Program-made: the position numbers and the translations under genes
Origin: Cyanophora paradoxa CCMP329
Lineage: Eukaryota > Plantae > Glaucophyta
Length of the DNA stretch: 64,000 nucleotides
Assembly: GCA_004431415.1 (NCBI GenBank)
Contig: QPMI01000523.1
Coordinates: forward strand, 62,001 to 126,000
Direction of reading: 5' to 3'
The notes under the pieces: model-generated
Database searches by the model: none
The model's input: only the letters and a program-made list of their open reading frames with translations
What the model was told of the DNA's origin: nothing
Part shown: one piece after another, positions 47,606-58,800 of the stretch
Position numbering within the stretch: the first letter of the stretch is position 1
Layout: every line of letters begins with the position of its first letter

Positions 47606-48397
47606 TATTTAAGTGGACTCAAGGTTGACTCATATTAATCGTAAAAGTAGTAATAGTATATGGAATTTGTTACGAATTCAATGCAAGGGTTGACTAAGTG
47701 GGTTGAGTTGACTCAAATTTCACAGGAAATATTTGGGACCAAAAGTTTTCTAAAAAGGATTTGAAAAAATGTGTCAACTCCCCCCACTTAGTCAACCCTG
47801 ACCATAAACAGTAAGGATTTGAGCTAACATGTATCACAAAGTGAACATTTTGAGTCCACTTAGAAGATCCACTTTTGAAATCAAAGTTGATTTTGCTTGA
47901 AATTTCAAAGTTGATCTAAAAGTGAGTCCACCCTGATTGATTATGGTAACAAAGTTGACTAAGTTGACTAAGTTGAGTCATCTTAAGAAATTCAAGGAGA
48001 CTAAGAGTTCAAAATGTTTATGAAAAGTGAGTCAACTTAGACCACTTATGGTAACAAAGTTAAATATTTAATTGATTTAATCGGAAAAGAACATGATTTA
48101 ATCGAATTTATTGATATAATTCCGATTAGATTCATTTAGAATTCAATTAAGATCAATCGAAGTTATTGATATAATTCCGATTAACTACAATTAAGATACA
48201 ATATCGATTAATCGAGTTTATCGATATAATATCGATTAAATTAATTGAAATTGCATATAAAAATATGAAAATTCATGTGAAAATTCAAATAAATTAATCG
48301 ATTTTATTGATATAACATCGAATCACACATATGAATATTCATATTTTAATCCTGAGGCGGAACGCCGAGGGATTAAAATATGAATATTCATATGTGT
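47606..48397 (-). repeat. right terminal inverted repeat (792 bp)
   Basis: Reverse complement of 20776-21567. Confidence 0.95.
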
Positions 48398-48403
48398 AGT
48401 ACG
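48398..48403 (+). repeat. right target-site duplication AGTACG
   Basis: Matches 20770-20775. Confidence 0.95.
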
Positions 48404-48465
48404 TTGTCCATTAGATATTTTAGACAATCCTGAATACATCTAATATTAACATTTTAACTTCGCAG

Positions 48466-48891
48466 GTTGAAGTGCCTGCAACTGTTGTCCTTCACAGGTC
48501 GAGCTCTGCTGATGCACTCGGCGAAGGAGCTGCGAGGCCGGCTGGTGGAGTTTGAGAAAAAGGAGGGGATGCGCCTCGACGGCGCCAGCGACGCGGGTCT
48601 CAGTTACGGACTCGAGGCGGTCCTCTTCTCATTTGACAAACATGTGCGTTCATCCGCCAGCAACCTGCAGAAAGACGGTAATAAGTATCGGGATTGTTTC
48701 TGTGCAGGTGGCGCTACTCGTGGACAAGGCAAAACAGACGTGGGCCCTTCCCGTACCCCCCCCCTCCCCCCCCCCCTTCCAACTCCGTATCCCTATATAT
48801 GACATGTACTGATGGGCTCATTATCGGCAGATGCCAGGATGCAAATACCGTGGCAGAAATCAAGCGCCACTATGCCTGCCGCGACGTTTGA
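48466..48891 (+). CDS. 3' exons of the interrupted ZnF/SAM-like gene
   Basis: Acceptor ttcgcag ends at 48465; LKCLQLLSFTGRALLMHSAKELR completes a SAM-like pattern; later exons approximate. Confidence 0.5.
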
Positions 48892-48920
48892 AGACGAACG
48901 GTAGTACTCGCGGAATTTAA

Positions 48921-49081
48921 GTGAGCCTGGTGATTGCGGAATGTGAATTGACACATGGAAATGAAGTGCATAAGCCTTCCCATGTAGCCGAGCCGCTCGA
49001 TCGTTCATGGCTCGCCGGATTGCACCTAGGCACCATATGTATATGTAACAGAGGCTGGGGAACGGTTGAAGTTATTTAATG
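48921..49081. repeat. diverged ~160-bp repeat, copy 1
   Basis: Colinear identical blocks shared with 55715-55870. Confidence 0.8.
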
Positions 49082-49262
49082 CACACTTAATTGAGCTTGC
49101 CGGAGTAATACTGGACAATGAAACGGTACAGTTAAGGATATAAAGCAATATGAAAGTACAGGTAGGCTGGGAAGAGCAGGTAAATCGAAAGTTGCAATTT
49201 TCTGCATCTGATTGGGTGTGCCAAAGGCAAGGTCGGCCTTTGATATATATGTAATTATATGG

Positions 49263-49778
49263 TTATTGCGACTGCCGGAGGTGGCTCCGGAGGGCGTCCT
49301 CCAATTCTACGACGCGAGATTGGTGCTCCGCCACCCATCCGTATGCCTCGTTCAGCTTGGTCCTCACAGGGCACGACGGGCCGCATGGTGCGGCAGCTGT
49401 GCGCGGGATGGCGTTGCACCAAACAAGTCGATCCCCGGCGAGAGCTTCAGATCCGGCGATTGCTAAGCGGAGGGCAGCGGCAGGCGACTCCTCAACTAGA
49501 GCTTGCTGGAAAAGTGCGGAAGCAGCAGCCTTCCTCGCTTCGACGGGGCGGGTTGAAGGGTCCACCTGGCCAGGAGCCAGCGCTGGCAGCTCGCGCTCGA
49601 AATTAAAGCGTCTCGAATGAGCGTCGTACCAGTCGTCTAAGTTTGGCTGAACGACAGTGGGCGTCTTGTGCTCATGGTGTCCGCGGCGGTTGCGGTTGAT
49701 TGCCGATGGGGCGCTAGCGGGATGTGCCGAGCTACCGGAGGCTTCGAACGATGGCCCGGTCTTGGCACGTTTTGCCAT
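49263..49778 (-). CDS. orphan protein, paralog of 53182-53793
   Basis: Both share DW..AH.RR.NFERELP.L.PG, FQQAL, EAL.G.RLVWC, CG.SCPV..KL..A..WV and RV.ELED..RSH. Confidence 0.7.
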   Translation of the reverse strand: MAKRAKTGPSFEASGSSAHPASAPSAINRNRRGHHEHKTPTVVQPNLDDWYDAHSRRFNFERELPALAPGQVDPSTRPVEARKAAASALFQQALVEESPAAALRLAIAGSEALAGDRLVWCNAIPRTAAAPCGPSCPVRTKLNEAYGWVAEHQSRVVELEDALRSHLRQSQ

Positions 49779-50193
49779 TGCTGTCGAATCCGGAGTTTAT
49801 AACGTGGGTCCTGATTTTCAGGGTACCCGGAGCGCACGGCGTCCTAAGGCAAAAACACGGAAGGCTAGACGGCTCCGTTTACAGGGCACAACTCAGATGT
49901 CGAACGAAGACGATTACCAGGTTCTGCGGCGGGTGAGTCGCACTCTAGCAGTCAAGCACGCGCTGCCCGAAATCGTTCTTACTGGGCGTCCTCTACGCGC
50001 AGAGGCAGGCAATCGAGCTTGCGCACTGGAATGAGGAGAAACGGAACGAGGTTCAAGCGTGTCAACTCGCAGCTGACGAGGTGCGTGCTGCTCGGAGGAT
50101 CGCTGCGTACGTTGCCAGGTTGCCGCAGTGCAACTCAGCCGGGTTTCGGAAACGTAGGGATGCAGTGTCGTCGAACACCAGCAACCGGTTGAA

Positions 50194-51424
50194 ATGTGGA
50201 GGAGACAAGAACGCCGCAAGGGGAAGCATAAGAAGCAGGGGAAACCGGCCTTGTCTGGCCGTGGCAGTGCGGACAGCAGCAACGTCGAACGGGCGGCGGC
50301 CGCAGGAGCAACAGCGACATGCGCAACGCCGGCCGGTCGTCCAGGCGGGACCATGGGAGGGGAAAGCGCTGCCGCCGGCGGCAGCATGCACAGGGGCTCG
50401 GGCACGGTTATCGCACCGGCCGGGCGACCCCTGGATGCGTTCCGCAGCGTACCAACGGCCTGTGCATCGATGAAGCCGACCGACAAGATGATCATATCGG
50501 AGCTTGCCCGAGGCATCTGCCCTGTGTGCGGGAGGAGGGCCAGCAGAACGCAACGAGTCCTATCCGCGCAATCGAAAGCGGCTTTGTGGTATGTAGGTTA
50601 TGATATATAGGATTTCGGAAGAGATAACGTTGATGACGAGTGGGGCACAGGGGCATGTGCTCTTCTGCACGTCGGAGGGTGGAGAGCTGGGAGCAAGGAT
50701 GAAGGAAGCGCTCAAGGAGGCCAGCGAGGCGATTGATATTTTCTACCGCGGGACGTCTGCGCATGCTTTCATCGAGGCTCAGCTCACCAATGAGCTCCGT
50801 GCCATAAAAAGCAGAATCGAGAGCTTCACGCAAGACCACCTGTGTTCGTCAGACCGAGCGGTGCTTGGGCTTCGCAGGATGATGCTCTCGCCGTCGCCAA
50901 CTCCTACGGTTAGGACACTGGCATTAATATTTTACGCAGCGTCTCGGCCCCCCGTATGTGGCTGACACGTGCACTGCCCACAGCAAGGGGACGGAGGGTC
51001 CGCAGAATACGCGTCGGCCATCACACATGCTGTGTGCGCGGCAATCAGAGACGCGAGATCAAGCGTGGAGCGGGAGCTGGATTGGATGCGGAGGATTTCC
51101 AGCAAACTCGCCAAGCTTGATGGCGGCGCCTTCATCGTTACATGGGAAGTGGACGCTCTGCGGAAACTCGTAGGACAAGGAGGGAGACGCAACAATCAGT
51201 CAATCATCCCTGGATATTGCAGCCTTGCACCATTTCAGTTACTACGTCAACCCCATCGTCAACCCCGGTCGGAACATATCGTCAACTCCGGTTGCAAAGC
51301 ATCGCGATCGGCCGTCCCCCTACATTCCTCCGATGGGTATGTTATCCCTGCCCGCCTCTTTTATTTCGTCGTGCCGTCTGATGTGAACGCCAGCGAGTAC
51401 GAAGACGGGCAAGACTTCCAGTGA
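50194..51424 (+). CDS. hypothetical multi-exon gene with a CPVC knuckle; limits uncertain
   Basis: Consecutive protein-like frames separated by short GT..AG segments. Confidence 0.35.
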
Positions 51425-52427
51425 GGTGAGCATTCTTAGTTTCCGGCCCTCTCTGCCGCTCTTTACTAGACACATGAGTGGTTATAATTATGTGATCACT
51501 TGCGATTGCCATACCGATGCCTCTGCAGAAGGACACTTCTCACCTGAGAATCGGTGATCTCCGGAGTGCGTCAGTTGTCGGTCCATGCGGCCGGCAGACC
51601 AGTACAATTACGTCACTCTTATCTGCACATGCAGTGTGCCGGGACACGATCGACTTCCTGCTCGTACGCTGCGCATCGTCCCAGGCCGATTCAGTCAGCA
51701 TCCTGGAGCTCCTCAATTCTACGAGCACCATCGTTAGTGCTTTTTCATCATAAACGCGCCCGTAAGAACGGCCTCATGACAAGGCATCTCGTCTTCCACG
51801 CAGGCCCGCGAAATCATTGTTAACAAGCCTGGCATCCTTCAACTGAGTCGATCCCTGAAAGGTATCTCGTATATTTTGTACGCATGCATATAGGTGCGTG
51901 TCGAAGTCTCTATATGATGTTCGGAATTCGGCAGTGCTCGTCGATGCCATTGCCGACTGTGAGACCGCGGAAATGGTGGCGGTACTGCTCTAGATCTAGA
52001 GCTTTTGATGTTCATGAGTATTCGAACTCACACCGGCCCTTACTAACAATTTGCAGTACTGTAGTTCTGTTTTCTTGGGATGTCACCGGTAGTATAGATA
52101 CATTGGGATTGCATTTTTTCTAGTGTAATCGAGGGCAATTTACGTGGATGGTTGACGCTTGAGATTTATGTTCCATGGCATTGAAGTTATAGTTCACACT
52201 GGCTGGCTCCAGCACTAGCTTGGTATCATGACATTTCGATCTCGTGCCCCTCACCGTGGTACGGTGGTGCTGCGAGCAGCATGCGCGCCTGACATTGCGA
52301 GCAACGAAATGGGGGTTTGAAAAGTCGCTCGATGATGCGTACCCCGTTGGTCTAATTCGTGCCGTTGCTAGGATAAATACAGTTGCCCTTTCGAAAGTAG
52401 GGCACGATCCAGCGTACACCGGCAGAC

Positions 52428-52935
52428 ATGCCGCGTGTGAAGAAGAAGCCGCGGAAATCCGCCAAGGCCGCTCCGGCCGCCCCGCCCAAGGCCAAGAAGC
52501 ACACGAAGACCGAGTCGCCGGGAAAGAGACCTTACCGCTATCGTCCAGGTGCGGATGCCAATTATGGTAAGCAGTTAGGGAGGCTGAACGAGGAGAGCAG
52601 GTACTGTCGCGCTGCGGGAGATTCGCAGATACCAGAAGACGACGGAGCTCCTGCTTCGCAAGCTTCCGTTCCAGCGGCTCGTGTTCGAGGTCGCACACGA
52701 TCTAGGCGCAACGGATAAACGTTTCCAATCGTCGAGCGTCCTCGCGCTGCAAGAGGCCAGCGAGGCTTATCTTGTCGGCGTTTTTCAGGATGCGAACCTC
52801 TGCGCCATCCACGCCAAGCGGTGCGTTGCCTGAAGGGATGTGTGCTTAATTTCTGATCGGTGCATGGTGCTCAGGGTCACAATCATGCCGAAGGACATGC
52901 AGCTCGCCCGTCGCATTCGCGGCGAGCGCACCTAG
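52428..52935 (+). CDS. divergent histone H3 variant (exons 52428-52548, 52601-52820, 52875-52935)
   Basis: Spliced: ...[97 protein letters not shown]; introns of 52 and 54 nt. Confidence 0.93.
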
Positions 52936-53181
52936 AAAGAGAGAAGAGCCGTACGGTTATACCAGTATCTCTGGCGCACCGGAGTGCATGTAACCCGCAA
53001 ATTCGATGGTGTTATGCCTGTATTGTGTTCTCAAGTACACAACGGCGAGCTCGCTGAGTGCATGAGACGAATGTTTGAGAGCAATTGCGCCTTTTTGTAC
53101 GAAATCGTCATCATGATCACTCGACAACCGACTGTGCTCGACACGAGTGACAGTGGGCAACTAGTGTATTAAATAGAGAGA

Positions 53182-53793
53182 TCATTCATCGTCAGATGAG
53201 GCCTCCAGAATTTCCTGGATCCGCTCGAGTTTATCGATGGCCCGATTGCCTTTCGATACATAACCCTCGTGAGGTCCGTGAGAGCGCACGAGATCCTCCA
53301 ATTCGTACACACGGGTTTGAAGATTTTTCACCCAGGTCCACGCCTGCTCCAGCTTGAGTTTCACCGGGCATGACTGACCGCACATGCTAGACATTTGCTG
53401 GTTGGCGCAGCACCAGACAAGGCGCTCTCCGCAAAGAGCCTCCGCACAGGCAATAGCGGCAAGCAAAACGGCCTGCGGTGACGTAGCAGCTAAGGCTTGC
53501 TGAAAGTGGGCTTTGGCCGCTGCTTTTTTAGCTACGGCTGTGCGCTTCGACGGATGGATTTCGCCGGGAGACAGCTGTGGTAACTCACGCTCAAAGTTAT
53601 ACCGTCGATTATGCGCATTGAACCAGTCCGTCGGCGGGACTGGACTGCTCTTTTTACACGGCTGTTTCCTGCGTCGGTGGTGGCTGACCCCTGGTTGCCC
53701 GACGGGGAGCAGGTCGGCTGCTGTCGCGGTAGAAGGGCTTTCAGCAGAGTTGCTAATCGACGCCGTCGGCTCAGACTTCTGGCGTTTCGACAT
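53182..53793 (-). CDS. orphan protein, paralog of 49263-49778
   Basis: Likely start MSKRQKSEP; conserved blocks as listed for the paralog. Confidence 0.7.
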   Translation of the reverse strand: MSKRQKSEPTASISNSAESPSTATAADLLPVGQPGVSHHRRRKQPCKKSSPVPPTDWFNAHNRRYNFERELPQLSPGEIHPSKRTAVAKKAAAKAHFQQALAATSPQAVLLAAIACAEALCGERLVWCCANQQMSSMCGQSCPVKLKLEQAWTWVKNLQTRVYELEDLVRSHGPHEGYVSKGNRAIDKLERIQEILEASSDDE

Positions 53794-53993
53794 TAGGTAA
53801 CTGCCGATCGAATTAGGGGTACGTGCTACAAGCGTTCGAACCTGCGTTACTGCACGCGAGCTTACAGTAGCCGACACGGACACGTTGACGGCAGCCAGGG
53901 TGCAATTGGCGTTTCGACAAGCGATGGGGGACGCAGCAGCACAGACAGGGTTGCTTTCCAAACGTAGGCGGATGAGAAACGCGTGCCCGCACA

Positions 53994-55361
53994 GTGCCCC
54001 TAAAGCGTCGCCTGATTGAATACGCAGGCCCGCGGCTTGAAGAGGTGGGACATGAGCCATTGTCGTACTCTTCGAGTGCGATGGTACCTGTGCAGGACAC
54101 CCGCTATTCGGATCCGGACGTCAACTACGAGATAACAATCGGAGAGGAGCGTGCAGGGCGCAGGGACGTCGGCACATTAACGGAGTTTCCGCGTCCTTAT
54201 GGGTATTATAAGCGTCATCCGCAAGCAGACATCGATGAGTACGTGCTGTGGTCGTTCATGTCAACCGAGGCATGATCTGAGACCGACGCGATGAAGACGT
54301 CGACGTCCCAGTATACGTGTGCATATACATGCACCTCATTCTGGACAGAAGGTTGCCGCGAGTGACGTGTGTCAAGGCATGATGTGTAATTAAGTCGCAG
54401 CGTGCGCAGCTTCGGGTGCAGTTTAGACCAACGTCATGTTTTCACGACAACTTCAAGTATTTCTGCCAGACCTTCAACCTATCCAAAGGCGCTTTCGTGG
54501 TTGGAGGGAAACAATTGCAAGTACGGCCTGTCGACTGTCCCGAGTCCGTAGGGATAGAGGACGGCGACTTCATAACCTACGTTATGGATGGCAAAGGGGA
54601 GAAGCTGAAGCGGTGCGCGTGGTACATATGCATATAGGATGGGAACTCATGGATTCACGGAACAATTCACAGGGAGGAGGAGTTTGAGGCGTACGTTGAA
54701 TGAAAGGACATCAGAAATTCGCGGGTCTGATTATCTCCACTTGAGCAGAGTGGACGAGGAGACTGCTATGGAGGTATGGATGACGGGCAGCGAGGGAGAG
54801 CGTACCATGCAGATGGTGGAACACCACGCAGAAATATTTTAGATCTGCGATCAAACAATGGCGGTACCGATGTTTGTGTGTGAATCGCAGGGACGAAAGG
54901 TGAACCGATCGACCGGAATGTACTGGTTGCCACCGAGACGAAGGTTGAGTTGATGCTCGGGGGGAATGAAGAGATGCAAGCTCACGATCGTGCCCGTACC
55001 GCAGGGTGTGTCTGCAAATGACTGTGATGGCGACGCATGATAGAACTTTACATGACACATGTGATGTGCACAAGGTGACGATTCGATGAACGATAAACTG
55101 CGCACGAAGGCGAACCAGTAACACGCTGGTTCGCAGTGTGTCGTTTCCGCAAGGACCTACGAACACCTTTCAGAGACGATGCGGCGCTTCACGGATAAAG
55201 TTATTATGCCCCACAGGCACGTATTCGCAGGGTATGACGCAGTTGAATTCGAGTACCAAGGGAGGCCGCTTCTGAAAGGGGATACTCCGGAAAAACTAGA
55301 GATGAAACATGACGACGAAATTAAGTGCGTGAGCACTTACATGATGGCATGCGTTACATGA
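53994..55361 (+). CDS. protein with tandem SUMO-like domains, multi-exon; limits approximate
   Basis: VRPVDCPESVGIEDGDFI and FEYQGRPLLKGDTPEKLEMKHDDEIKC resemble the SUMO/Rad60-SLD C-terminal signature; no terminal GG. Confidence 0.55.
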
Positions 55362-55714
55362 CGGTCGTGCACCAGGGTTATACCCACCTTATGGGGACAG
55401 CACATCGACTGCAGTCGAGCGCGCATTTCATATGTACAAGACCTGGTTTGCAGCTGCCTCCGACTTCAGCTACATTCATCCGACGCGCCGTCCGACTCCA
55501 AATAGGGGCGTACACCAGAACGCATTGTAATGCAATCATGATGTACTTCAGGACTCTAGCGGCACACTGAAAGGGGCCCGAGGGAGGGACGAATACTGAT
55601 GATTTGCAGTACTCAAGCAGGCATCTCAGAAGACAAGAGCTACGGCCGCGTACAGGCGACCCGACGCGCGGAGCCTTTGCGGCAGGGCCGGGGCGGACGC
55701 CGGGGTGCAGCGGT

Positions 55715-55870
55715 GTGAGCTTGCTGATTACAGAATGTGAATTGACACATGGCGATGAAGTGCACTAGCAGTCCCACGTATTCTATCCGCTCGATCGTTC
55801 ATAGCTATCCGGGCTGCACCTAGGCACCATATGTAACTGATGACGGGCGCTCGGTTGAAGCATCTTAATG
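55715..55870. repeat. diverged ~160-bp repeat, copy 2
   Basis: See 48921-49081. Confidence 0.8.
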
Positions 55871-58800
55871 AGGTGCGGGCAAGGCGGGGCGGGGCTGGAT
55901 GTGGCAGAGAAGGGCGGGGCGGGGTGATGCACTGATGGGTGGGGCGGGCCGAGCCCTGCTTGGAGATTCTAATCTAGTCGGGTATATTGTCGGAAGGGCA
56001 TGGCTGCCATCTTCCTGTGTTGTCTATTTCGACAGCGAGATCTGCAGGCGTTGTCTGGAATGAGGGTGTCAATAATTACGAGATGTAAAGGTAAATCGGG
56101 CACAGACCCCATCAAGGATGGACTTGAAGAACTCGTCAATGATGAGATCGTGGAGACCTGCTTGTCTTTGGCAGAATTGGAATGGGCATTCCCTATGGAA
56201 AGGAATTCATTGTGATCGTGATCATGAGTGCAGGACGAATAGCTGACCAATCTTCATTATGAAGGGAGAATATCAAGTGCTCGTTGAAATCGAAACACTG
56301 CGTCGGGATAAGAATAATGTGGAATTTATGATGGGAATGCGACCACGTACGTGCGGGTGAACGCAGTACACGGATTGAACTGGCACTCTGATACGTTCTG
56401 ATGTGTAGGGACAGGACAGATGCAGGCGGAATTTCGTATCGAGTGCCCAAGCGATAGCTGGCAGGCGTCTGGTGGTGAGACGTGAAGAAGTAGAGGTTGA
56501 AAATTTACGTAAGGGAAATACCAAATTCACGTCCGGCTTGCCATGGCCTGAAGATGTGGATAGGCTCGATCTGCAGAAATCGTTGCAGAACCGTTCCATC
56601 TTCAACGATTATGATGCGATCAACAGGCGGTGTGTTTCTCAGAAGAGTAGTGACGTCGGAGAAGTGACTATAGTCACGGATCGGTCCTCTATAGTCATGT
56701 GGCTGCTCGATCCTCTGCATCGTTCCTCTGAACATCCCAGGTGAGATCCCATGGCACGCTTTTGTTTTCGCCATGATCAAGTAATCGGAACCTGTTGAAA
56801 TATATAAGTTAAAAGTCGTCTTTATTTAGACGGCAGTCGAGGATCGGGCATGAGCATGCTTACTTCGAGCCGGGTATCAGCCGCCCTGCGAATGAGCGCG
56901 CTTCGAATGTACGCCGAGCAGCGGTTGCAGCGCTTGTGTTCGCCTTGCTGGCGCTGGCGTTGGCGAAGGAGCGCGCCGTGCACGGTACGCGTTGCTTCGC
57001 GCTTAGCGGTGGGTTGGCCTAGCTGGAGATTGCGCTGGCTAATGAGCGCGCTATGAACGATGCGACGACCTGCGCGTGTAGCGCACGGGGTGTCGTTCAC
57101 GGCGCCGGAATGCATGCTGTACCCCTAATTGCCGGACTTGACTCTTGCAGAGACGCCTAGGCATGTCGTTGACGAATACTTCGCGTCCCATACTCGATTC
57201 CGGTTCCAAGAAGCGATCGAGAGGTATGTTCTCCGTGTGCTTGCTCCGTTCGCTGCTGATGCGAGTGCATGCTGCGATTTGCGCCATCGCAGATACGTCG
57301 CCCACATCCGATATAGTGCTAGCTGCTTCTTACGCGAGACCGAATCTCGATTTAGCTTCTTACCGCGACATTTCTGAATCAGTGAGAGTCAGCGGCCGCG
57401 GTTCCATCACCGTACTGGAGGCCATGAGCCACATGACCCCCGACGTTTTTATAATCAAGAATCCCTGCACAGGCGCCATCGTAGCAGTACCACCTGGGCC
57501 TGCAGCTCTGCGCGTGAGTAACAACGAGTATACTTCTGCGTACGATGTGATTGCGTCCGTTCAGCTTACGGACTGTAATGGAGGTACCTGTACGCATGTA
57601 ATCTTGGATGATGATCAACTATTAACCCCATCTTCACCTCAGAGTACGACTTGATGATAAAGGCCTTCGATTGTGCTGGCAGTTGGGACCCCGATCGCCG
57701 GTGGGCCGAAATCTACATGAAGTGGAATGGAACGGTCGTCAAGCACGTCGTAAATCGACCTGATGTGGATCCAGATGGATGGCCGCTGCATGATGATATG
57801 TACCACGGAATGTACGACGATGTCGGTCAGAATTAGGGCAAGGACGCGCGCCGTACTACATATACGTGTTATGGCAGTCAGTTCACAGTTTCGTATCGAT
57901 TACTGTTTCCTATCTCTGACACCTTCTATTCTGCGCTCTACTACTTAGTTTTGTCTGTATTTATTGAATGCGCACATTGGCACTTGCTACCCTCAGCTTG
58001 CTTCACTTGACTTCTATTCCAATATCATCCACTCATACTACCTCGATCCCTCCTCACATGTACATGTTTCGTACTATGCTAGCTGACTAGGCCTGGACTA
58101 CAGTATAGTAAGCTTAAGCCGCCGGAAGAGAACTCTGCCGGGTCCGATCCCTTGCTGCAACAGAGGCGTCGAATGCAGAGCTTACCACACCGCGGCCGCA
58201 CCCGTGAAGATGCGCACATGAAGAATATGGGTCCGATCACCACCGCAAGGAGGTTTAGAGATCACATGCTGTAGTTACTTGGGGTTGGGGGGAGTGAAAG
58301 AACTGTAGTAGCAGGGGTCGCAGGAGTTCGGCAGGAATAGTGTACGTAGCGACGTACTCTGTTGGGGTCCGATTCCCTTGCTGCCACCGAGGCGTCGAAT
58401 GCAGCGTTGAAGGCATCGTAAATCTCTTGTGTGAGAAGCGGCAGACCGTTGTGTGTGAGCTGCCGCCTAGCGAAGAACTTGATGAGGTCACGTCGGAGCC
58501 TCTCGTACCAGGCGTAAACTCTGCCGCATGTGTAACCGCCAGCAGCGTACACATGCACGTTCGCAAATTTCTTCATGAACTGGCCGCAAACACAGTATTA
58601 ACTTTTCGGGTGAACTCGACACCAGCCGCGATGATCGTATAAAATAGAAACGCACGGGGTGCACTCCTGAGGGAAGCAGACCGGTGTCCCCTTCGCAACC
58701 AATCCAATCCAGGTGACGCGCCCTCAGATTCCTGCGCACAACATTTGAGTGTCATCAAAGTAGTTGCAGGACGCCAGCTGCGGAGGCAGGAGGCATTATG

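Larger units (their letters stand above)
20776..48397. mobile_element. endogenous Polinton-like/Maverick-type dsDNA virus, 27,622 bp
   Basis: TIRs, 6-bp TSD, abrupt switch to AT-rich intronless dense genes; integrase, pPolB, ATPase, capsid proteins and primase-helicase. Confidence 0.96.

Noticed and set aside
20776-48397. Bacteriophage contamination or chimeric assembly
   Set aside because: The exact TSD and in-frame host exons on both sides show real integration; core genes are Polinton-type.
20776-48397. Assignment as a mavirus-type virophage
   Set aside because: No recognisable maturation protease, and the MCP cannot be assigned to virophages by eye; needs an HMM search.
55969-57948. Short protein-like ORF fragments
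   Set aside because: Possibly exons, but no recognisable motif or consistent gene model.
58141-58404. ~40-bp imperfect duplication (58141 and 58366)
   Set aside because: Only two short copies; likely a local duplication.
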